Shown piece by piece: positions 15,792-23,900 of a stretch of DNA of 28,915 nucleotides. The stretch is from a virus (lineage: Duplodnaviria > Caudoviricetes), in IMG/VR virus record IMGVR_UViG_3300032289_000750, positions 1 through 28,915 of that record, one strand, 5' to 3'. The notes beneath the pieces were generated by a model that searched no databases, had not been told where the DNA came from, and saw only the letters and a program-made list of their open reading frames with translations. Both the position numbers and the translations under genes were made by a program. How positions within the stretch are numbered: position 1 is the first letter of the stretch; each line of letters opens with the position of its first letter.

Positions 15792-15883
15792 AAGATACAC
15801 GAGCCCCCCGCCAATACCTACGATTTTTGATGTGATGCCTGTCACATTGCCGATGTTGAGCGTGGGATGTGATGCGTTTCACA
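15792..15883 (-). promoter_or_regulatory. First early promoter P1 with two tandem CRP-type boxes
   Basis: Perfect TGTGA-N6-TCACA at 15831-15846 and 15868-15883; -35-like TAGGTA at 15815-15820; -10 TATCTT at 15792-15797 with 17-bp spacer. Confidence 0.75.
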
Positions 15884-16428
15884 TTGCCCCCCGCATGGTG
15901 AGCGTGTCTCAATATGTGAGACGAGCACAAGGCAAGGCGTGCCGATTCTTCCCCGATGCCCCCCGATTAAGGGCGAGCGTGTGTAGTTGTCGCATGCATG
16001 CGTGCTCGCTTTGCTTTATCCCTAGTGCAGCGCAAAAAAGCGGGGCAAGGGCTTTGCATCCTTGTAAATAGTGGAGACTTTGCGGGGTCAGCGACCCCAG
16101 GGTTTTAAATATGCGTGTATATATATGTATGTGTATCTACCCACATAACTTTGATAGGGGTCGTAATGTGGCGCTGACCTGCGCTTTTGGCGCAGTGGCA
16201 TAGGCAACAAAAAATATATTAGAAAAAGATGTCCAAAAAGTGTCCTTCGGACACCTAATACTATAGTGTAGGGCTTTACATATTACGCCCTACTACTTAG
16301 TGCATAGGGAGCCTAAGGCTCCCCCCTAGTTAATGCCCTAACCTACGGCTTCCGCCTTAGGGCTTCAGCCTACGGTTAGGAAAGGAAATGCTGCGAATCT
16401 AACATATAGCGGATTCGCTACACTGCCT

Positions 16429-18291
16429 ATGGAAAGAAAAAGAACTACTGCTGCATCCCATAAGTCGGATGCCATAAAGAAGCAGATTATTGAATTTTTA
16501 ATGGAAGGCTACTCCACACAAAAGGCTATGGATGCCGTGGGGCGCTCTATCAAAACTTATGAGTACTACCGAAAGACGGACCCCTCCTTCTCACTCCAGG
16601 TAGACAAGGTGCGGTCTATGACCGCCCGTGGCGAGATAGGTCAGTCAACCACCGAACTGCCTCCGTTCCCAGAATTTTCATCTAAGTACCTAGGGGTAGA
16701 AGTCTTTACCCATCAAAAGCACTGGATTGATTTATTGGAGGGTACCACCCCCTCCGAAGTACACCCAAGTATTATTTATGAACCTGGCGACCCTGATTTA
16801 ATTATTATCAATACACCGCCTGAGCATGCTAAATCTACGACTATTACAGTCAACTATGCTCTATACCAGATTTGCCGTAACCCTAACATCCGTATCTTGG
16901 TTGTATCCAAGACACAGGCTATGGCGCAAAAGTTCCTGCTCTCCATTAAGAACAGACTCACCCATCCTCGTTATCAGGACTTACACCTCGCCTTTGGACC
17001 TCCAGGCGGATTTGAAAAGAACTCTGATTCGTGGAAGCAGGACTTAATTTATCTATCATCCGAGGCTCGTAACTCTGGTGAAAAAGACCCAACAGTTCAG
17101 GCTATTGGTATTCGTGGTCATATCTACGGTGCCCGTGCTGACCTGATTATCATGGATGACTGTGTTGACCATACCAACGCCCATGAATACGAAAAGCAGA
17201 TTGATTGGATTCAGTCTGAGGTTATGTCTCGTATTGACAATGACGGGGGTAAGTTACTTGTCGTAGGCACTCGCCTTCGCCCAAAGGACTTGTACTCTGA
17301 ATTGCGTGACCCTATGCGTTACCCAGATGAGACATCCCCCTGGACTTATTTTGCACAACCTGCGGTATTAGAATTTAGTGATGACCATAAAGACTGGAAA
17401 ACTCTCTGGGCTAAAACAAACATGCCACCTGTATCAGGTAAAGGCGTGCCAGATAAAAACGGACTTTATGTTAAATGGGATGGCGAAGCGCTCTTTAAAA
17501 AGCGTAGTCGTATGTCACCCAATCTCTGGGCAATGGTTTACCAACAGCAACAGGTACATGAAGATGCAGTATTCCCAGGTGACTCCGTTAAAGGCGTTAT
17601 CAATGGAGCACGAAATATCGGCATCATCCCAAAGAACAAAGCAGGTAACCGACCAGAAGGTATGGATGGACTTGTAGTTGTTGCAGGGCTTGACCCAGCA
17701 ATGGCTGGATATACCGCATGTGTTTGTTTGGCTATTGACATTAACAATCAAAAGCGTTACCTACTTGATGTGTCCAATGTGCAGGGCATGAAGCCCGATG
17801 CAATCCGTGAAGTAATTAAGGATTGGACCGACAAGTACGGGATTTCTGAGTGGCGTGTTGAGAAAAATGCATTTCAAGCAATGTTAACTCAGGACCGAGA
17901 GGTTCGGGAATACCTCACAGCAAGGGGTGCCACACTCAAAGAACACCATACTGGAAACAATAAATGGGATACAAACTTCGGTGTGGCATCTCTTACTTCA
18001 TTATTCCATGGGCATGAGGATGGTACGAACCTTATTGAGTTTCCATCTACTCACATGTCCGAAGGCTTAAAGGCTTTGATAGAACAACTGGTTACTTGGT
18101 ATCCAGATGCGCCTAAGTCACAAAAGACTGACTGCGTTATGGCTTTTTGGTTTGCAGAACTTGCAGCCCGTGACCGTATTGCAAATGCTACTCACTTTGC
18201 CCGCACACATGCAGCAAAGTCCATGTTCCATACACGATATGACAAATCTCAACAGTTCACTGTTAGTTTGTCCGATTACTCATATAACTAA
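16429..18291 (+). CDS. terL: Terminase large subunit with an N-terminal HTH-like extension
   Basis: PPEHAKST Walker A variant, LIIMDD Walker B, VVGTR, nuclease GLDPA, VEKN and D.VMA motifs. Confidence 0.93.
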   Translation: MERKRTTAASHKSDAIKKQIIEFLMEGYSTQKAMDAVGRSIKTYEYYRKTDPSFSLQVDKVRSMTARGEIGQSTTELPPFPEFSSKYLGVEVFTHQKHWIDLLEGTTPSEVHPSIIYEPGDPDLIIINTPPEHAKSTTITVNYALYQICRNPNIRILVVSKTQAMAQKFLLSIKNRLTHPRYQDLHLAFGPPGGFEKNSDSWKQDLIYLSSEARNSGEKDPTVQAIGIRGHIYGARADLIIMDDCVDHTNAHEYEKQIDWIQSEVMSRIDNDGGKLLVVGTRLRPKDLYSELRDPMRYPDETSPWTYFAQPAVLEFSDDHKDWKTLWAKTNMPPVSGKGVPDKNGLYVKWDGEALFKKRSRMSPNLWAMVYQQQQVHEDAVFPGDSVKGVINGARNIGIIPKNKAGNRPEGMDGLVVVAGLDPAMAGYTACVCLAIDINNQKRYLLDVSNVQGMKPDAIREVIKDWTDKYGISEWRVEKNAFQAMLTQDREVREYLTARGATLKEHHTGNNKWDTNFGVASLTSLFHGHEDGTNLIEFPSTHMSEGLKALIEQLVTWYPDAPKSQKTDCVMAFWFAELAARDRIANATHFARTHAAKSMFHTRYDKSQQFTVSLSDYSYN

Positions 18292-18305
18292 GTTAGGAGG
18301 TGGAT

Positions 18306-20117
18306 ATGCCGCTTTCAATGGATGATATTACCAATTCCTATCAGCGCTATCGCAGGTCATTTGATGACCGTGACCAACGCATGAATCAGGTATTGCAAGT
18401 TCGCCAAGGAAAGATGCGTGATGTCTACCCAGACCTTTTCCCCGATGGTCCTTTTGAGAACCCTATCGTGGCAAACATGGTTGATATTGCTGCCCGTGAT
18501 ATTGCAGAAGTTATTGCACCTTTGCCTTCCTTCTCTTGTACATCAACCTCGATGGCATCAGAAGAAAAGCGCAAGAAGGCTGACAAGCGTGGTGAAATTG
18601 TTAACGGCATTGTTAACTTTTCAGACCTTCAAACTCAGATGTTTAATGCTGCAGACCGTTATGTAACCTATGGTTTTGTACCTGCACAGGTTGAATATGA
18701 TTTAGATGAGAGTATGCCACGCATTAAATTTCTTGATTCTATTGGTTCTTATCCAGTAATTGACCGCTATGGTCGTGTTACACAGTTCTTCCAACGCATA
18801 AATAAGCAAACAACAGAACTAATGGCTCAGTATCCAGACCTTGCTCACCTTATTTATGATAAAAATTCAGCATCTACTGTTTCAGAAATTGTGCGTTACC
18901 ACGATAAAGACCAAGATATTATCTTTATGCCTAACCGCAGCAATCTTGTTTTAGACCGTGCACCTAACTTAATGGGCGAGTGCATGATTCGTGTTGTACA
19001 ACGACCATCTATTGATGACCAATCTCGTGGACAGTTCGATGATGTTCTTGCTATTCAAGTTGCTAAGGCACGCTATGCGTTGCTTTCACTTGAAGCAGCA
19101 ACCAAATCAGTGCAAGCACCTATCGCTATGCCACTAGACAGTCAGGAGTTAGCCCTTGGACCAGATGCAATTATGCGTTCCAGTAAGCCTAACGAGATTC
19201 GCAGAGTACCGCTTGAACTTCCTAGTAATGTGTTCGCACAGCAGTCAGTTCTTGAACAAGAACTGCGCTTAGGTTCACGCTTTCCAGAAGCAAGAACTGG
19301 TAATTCAGATGCTTCTATCATTACTGGTCAAGGTGTTAAGGCGCTTATGGGTGGTTTTGATACACAAATCAAGACTGCACACTCAATGTTTGCTCGTGCA
19401 TTTACAGAATTACTTGCTCTTTGTCTTAAAGTAGATGAAAAACTATTTGGCGACCAAGAGAAAGAACTCATTGGTGTCTACAATGGAACACCTTACAACA
19501 TTAAATACAAGCCAACACGGGATATTAAGGGTGATTACACCGTAGATGTCCAATATGGCTTGATGGCAGGACTTGACCCTAACCGTGCACTTGTGTTTGG
19601 ACTACAAGCCCGTGGTGATAAGTTAATTTCTCGTGACTTTTTACGCCGTCAGATGCCTTTCTCCTTCAATGCAACTAATGAAGAACAAAAGGTTGAGACA
19701 GAAGAACTCCGTGATGCTATGAAACAGGCTATTGCCTCATACGCACAAGCAATTCCAGCCCTTGCAAGCCAAGGACAAGACCCATCCGACATCCTACGCA
19801 AACTTTCTACCGTAATCAGCGAACGCCAAAAGGGAACTTCTATTGAAGTTGCTATTCAAATGGCGTTTACCCCAGAGGCTCCCACCCCTGCTGCTGCCCC
19901 TGCGACAGGAAGTCCTGAACAAGGCATGCCAGGAGAGACTACAGCAGGTGGTGCGGAACTTGGTATGGGATTGTCTGAATCAGGTCGTATGCAAGGCGTA
20001 GCAGCAGGACAAATTGCCCCAGGCGGTAGACCAGATGTTCAATCATTGCTTGCATCTCTCGGTGCTCGTGGTGAACCCAACCTACAAGCAACAGTCGCAC
20101 GGCGACTACCTATCTAA
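18306..20117 (+). CDS. Portal protein
   Basis: About 600 aa directly after terL; helical, with a Pro/Gly/Ala-rich tail; RBS AGGAGG favours ATG 18306. Confidence 0.8.
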   Translation: MPLSMDDITNSYQRYRRSFDDRDQRMNQVLQVRQGKMRDVYPDLFPDGPFENPIVANMVDIAARDIAEVIAPLPSFSCTSTSMASEEKRKKADKRGEIVNGIVNFSDLQTQMFNAADRYVTYGFVPAQVEYDLDESMPRIKFLDSIGSYPVIDRYGRVTQFFQRINKQTTELMAQYPDLAHLIYDKNSASTVSEIVRYHDKDQDIIFMPNRSNLVLDRAPNLMGECMIRVVQRPSIDDQSRGQFDDVLAIQVAKARYALLSLEAATKSVQAPIAMPLDSQELALGPDAIMRSSKPNEIRRVPLELPSNVFAQQSVLEQELRLGSRFPEARTGNSDASIITGQGVKALMGGFDTQIKTAHSMFARAFTELLALCLKVDEKLFGDQEKELIGVYNGTPYNIKYKPTRDIKGDYTVDVQYGLMAGLDPNRALVFGLQARGDKLISRDFLRRQMPFSFNATNEEQKVETEELRDAMKQAIASYAQAIPALASQGQDPSDILRKLSTVISERQKGTSIEVAIQMAFTPEAPTPAAAPATGSPEQGMPGETTAGGAELGMGLSESGRMQGVAAGQIAPGGRPDVQSLLASLGARGEPNLQATVARRLPI

Positions 20118-20133
20118 CGGGAGGAGGAAAACC

Positions 20134-20334
20134 ATGGCGAATACAAGCACAGCGAAGTATCCAAACAACCAACCTGGCAAGGCATCAAAGCCTGCTAATC
20201 AGGGCGGTGCAGGAAACTCAAAGGTAGTTACACAGCAACCACGCTACGATGGTATGCCAAAGGCTTCTAAGCCTGGCGCATCCGTCACAATGCTTTCAGC
20301 ACAACCATCAGGAACACACGGGCGAGCAGTTTAA
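20134..20334 (+). CDS. Small basic low-complexity protein, possibly virion-associated
   Basis: RBS GGAGGAGG; 66 aa with KASKP twice. Confidence 0.7.
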   Translation: MANTSTAKYPNNQPGKASKPANQGGAGNSKVVTQQPRYDGMPKASKPGASVTMLSAQPSGTHGRAV

Positions 20335-20446
20335 TTTTCGCTTAGTTGCCACCGTACAGCAACTATAAACAAGGGGCGAACCCTCCTGAGCAAGAGTAAA
20401 ACTGCTCATAATTTTATTAACGCTCTTATAGCGAAGGAAATCAAAC

Positions 20447-20902
20447 ATGGCAAAACCAGCAACAAGTAACTTTCAAGTATCCGCTACAGGCGGTGCAGGT
20501 AGTGCAGGACAACCAGCGCAATATATGTCTAGTGACTACGAACGCACTGGTGATGCTGGCAATATGGAATTACAAACATCTGCCAAGATGAATAAATCTG
20601 GCGTTAATCTAGGACCAACACCAACTCTTTCTGCTATGTCAGCAATGATGTCCAGTGGCGATGAGGTTGTTCCTTTAGATGCCATGACACAACGCCCAGA
20701 TGAATTTCCTTCAACAGGTGCAGCAATGGGTCCAGGTGCAGGACCAGAAATTCTGTCTACACCAGGTATGTTAAGTGCACAGCAAAATGAAGATATGGCA
20801 AAACTTGCAGCGTTCCTTCCAATTTACGCTCGTATTGCAGAATCTCCAACAGCAACTAACGCAACTCGTAATTTTTACCGTTGGTTAAAGGCTAATGTCT
20901 AA
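20447..20902 (+). CDS. Hypothetical virion-associated protein
   Basis: RBS GAAGGA; motif T.RPDE..STGA..GPGAG; precedes the giant ORF. Confidence 0.65.
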   Translation: MAKPATSNFQVSATGGAGSAGQPAQYMSSDYERTGDAGNMELQTSAKMNKSGVNLGPTPTLSAMSAMMSSGDEVVPLDAMTQRPDEFPSTGAAMGPGAGPEILSTPGMLSAQQNEDMAKLAAFLPIYARIAESPTATNATRNFYRWLKANV

Positions 20903-23900
20903 TGTCATGGACCGATAACCTAGGCAAGATGGCAAAGGGTGTTGCGGATTTCACTGGTATTCCAGGACTTATCCACGACATGTCTAACACTTTATCTAAC
21001 GATGACCCATGGTATGTAGATGGTTTAAACCTTGTTAAAAATGTAGCCAAAATTGGAACTACTCCAGTTCGTGGCGCAGTTAAAGGTTTATTCTATGTAG
21101 GCGAAAAGTCATACGAAGCGGGCGGAGTTGTCCGTGAAAAAATGGTTGAGAATTTACTTGATACACCTTTGATGTATAACAAGTATAAGAACCCAGGCGA
21201 ATCTTACGAAAATTACCTTACTCGTGTTGCTTCTAATAAAGAACAAATTTCTTTAGGTCAAGCATCACTTGCCCTTTTATCTCCAGGCAAAAACGCTGCT
21301 GACCGTAGTGGTTGGTTTGCTGATGCACTTGATAATAACCTTGCTTTTCTTTCTGGAGGCTTTGACATCTTTGATGCCAATGACCGCAAAGTTGCATTTG
21401 ATGACCAGTTTACAGGTAAGTTTCTTTCTGGTACACAAGATTTAATTGCCTCAACTGTTATTGACCCACTTACATTTACTGGTTTCTTAGGTAAAGGTGC
21501 AGTCATTGCAAGTAAAGGTTTAATGTACGAGAACATCAACGGTAAGTTGGCTCGTGCCGTATTCGGCAAATTTGCTATGACTCCCGAAAAGATGGACAAT
21601 CTTCTTGAGCGTTCACTTAAAGGTGAAGGCGCTGCCGTTAAAGATGTTGAGTTCTTAGCACAAACAGATGCTAAAGGTCAGTATGGTTATTGGGCAAAGA
21701 AAAAAGTAACTAACCCTGATGCTTTGGCTTATATGTTTGGTAAGGCTACTACCAAAGAAGAAGTAGTTGCAATCTTCCGTGCCGTCATGCTTAAAGATAC
21801 AAAGGCTATGTCTGAAATTGCTGAAAAAGATTCAGAATTTGCTTTGATATTTGACAACATTACGGATGGTCCAACACACCCACAACGCCAGTTGATGGAT
21901 GGCAAGTTAGATGGAGATGTTCTTACAACTCCTGAATATAACAATGCCGTTGGTTCATACATAGAAGATTTAAAAAAGACAGACCCAGCCTTTCTTGCAT
22001 CCTACGAAATGGTTGCTACTGGTCGCCCTTTCCGTTACGGATTTGAAAAACAATTTTTACAAGATTCACGCTTTAGTGCAGTTGCCAAGGCTAAAAAGAT
22101 GTCTGCTCGCACATTTGGTGACTCTGAATCAATTACTTATCTTAAGACATCACTTCATCCGTTAGTTAAAATAGTTCATTTTTTTAATGAAGAAGTACCA
22201 AGCGGTGTATTCAGTGTCAACGATGGTAACTCATATATGGAGTTTAATACTTTCTTAAGACAGACAAATGACTTATCTGGTAACAAGTTTCAAGAAGCAT
22301 CAAGAGAACTTGCTGACCGTTATTTAGGAGCAGCCTCTCCTGCTGACCGCCTTGACATTATTAAAGAAGCAGAGCGCCGTGCAATCAACACTCTTTTTCC
22401 TAATTACGACCAAGATACATTAGATAAAATTTACAAGATTTATGATGCACGCCGTGCTTCGCTAATTGAGCGCCATAACAACCAAGGTTTCCTTGGGTAC
22501 TTTGATGGTGACCAGTTTGTTAATGCTAAGTCTCCATTACTTGAGCGTGAACAAGCAAACACAGTAGTCATTGCAGACCTTGCTCGTCTTAAGCAGGGTG
22601 TTGATGCCCACGAGCGTATACTTCCAACCGTTTTGCAAGGTATTGATGTTGATAACTTAGCCATCCGCACTCAAAAATCAATGGCTGCACTTGACACAAT
22701 CAATGATATTTTCAAAACATCTGTATTGATGCGCCTTGGTTACACAGTTCGTAACCTTACAGAAGCACAACTATCTATGATGGCTAAGGGTTTTGCTCTC
22801 CCATCTATGGTTGCCTCAGGTGGTTCGGCTGCAGTTGGTCGTTTCTTTAACAACCGTAAAGCAGGCGTTAATCGCATTATTGACAATGTTAATGTTATGA
22901 CTGGTAAAGCAGATGACTTTAATGTTATTCAAAATGAAATTAGTTCTCAGTTTGACATGCTTCGCTCAGTTGATATGGGTCGCCAACAACTGGCTAAAGA
23001 AGTTTCTACTCGTATTGCCGAACTTGAAGGCATGCGTGTTGGTAAAACTGTAAGAGGATTTACTCAGGCTATAACTTCTGACATTACTGGCGAAGCAGCA
23101 ATTACTGTTGCACAGGCAGAGAAGGCTGCATTTGAAGTAGAACTTCGCACACTTAAAGGAGTACTTGCTGACCTAGAGTCAGTTACTCTTTATCATGGTG
23201 CACCTGGTTCGTTTGAACTTGATAAGACTCGTGCCTTGGCTACATCTGCATCACCTGCAGTTGCACGCCGTTATGCCGAGGGTGGCATTATTCAATCAGT
23301 TGAACAATACATCCCTACGCCAACAGGTCGCCCTGGTCGTCTTGGACAAAAGCCAACTCCAGAAGGTGGAACTCTCCCATCTGAGAAGCGTGCAGATGTA
23401 CTCAATGAAGCAACTCTTAAACTCCAATCAGATATGATTGATGCAGTCAATGCTGGCAAACTTGTTGAATATAAAGATTCTGCTGGACAATGGAAAAAAA
23501 TTAAAAGCATTGATTACGAAACACTTGTGCTTGCAGCAGATACAGACGAAGCAGAGATAGTTCTATTTAAGAACTGGTCTAATCGCCCTATCTTTCGTGT
23601 TGGCGCAACTAAAGGTAATGTTCAGCCATACCGTGTATACGGCAAACCTTTATATTTACAACAATGGTCTGACATCCCATTAGAACTTCGTGATGCTGCC
23701 TTTGGTGGCAAGATTACTAACTTTAAATCATGGGTTAAGACAAAAGGTTGGAGTGACCCTAGCGACCCAGTGTTTAAATACATGCGTGAAAACGGATATG
23801 GTCGTGCTGTTGTCGCTGATGACAAGCGTGCTGGCGGTCTTTCACATATTGCCCTTCCAGAATCTATTGGAGAAAAGGGTCGTACTGCTGAGGTAAATGC

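Noticed and set aside
15915-15929. CRP box TGTGA-GACGA-GCACA
   Set aside because: 5-bp spacer, and it overlaps the GTCTCA/TGAGAC palindrome.
15832-16071. 79-aa + strand ORF
   Set aside because: No RBS, runs through operator and palindromic DNA, and has atypical composition.
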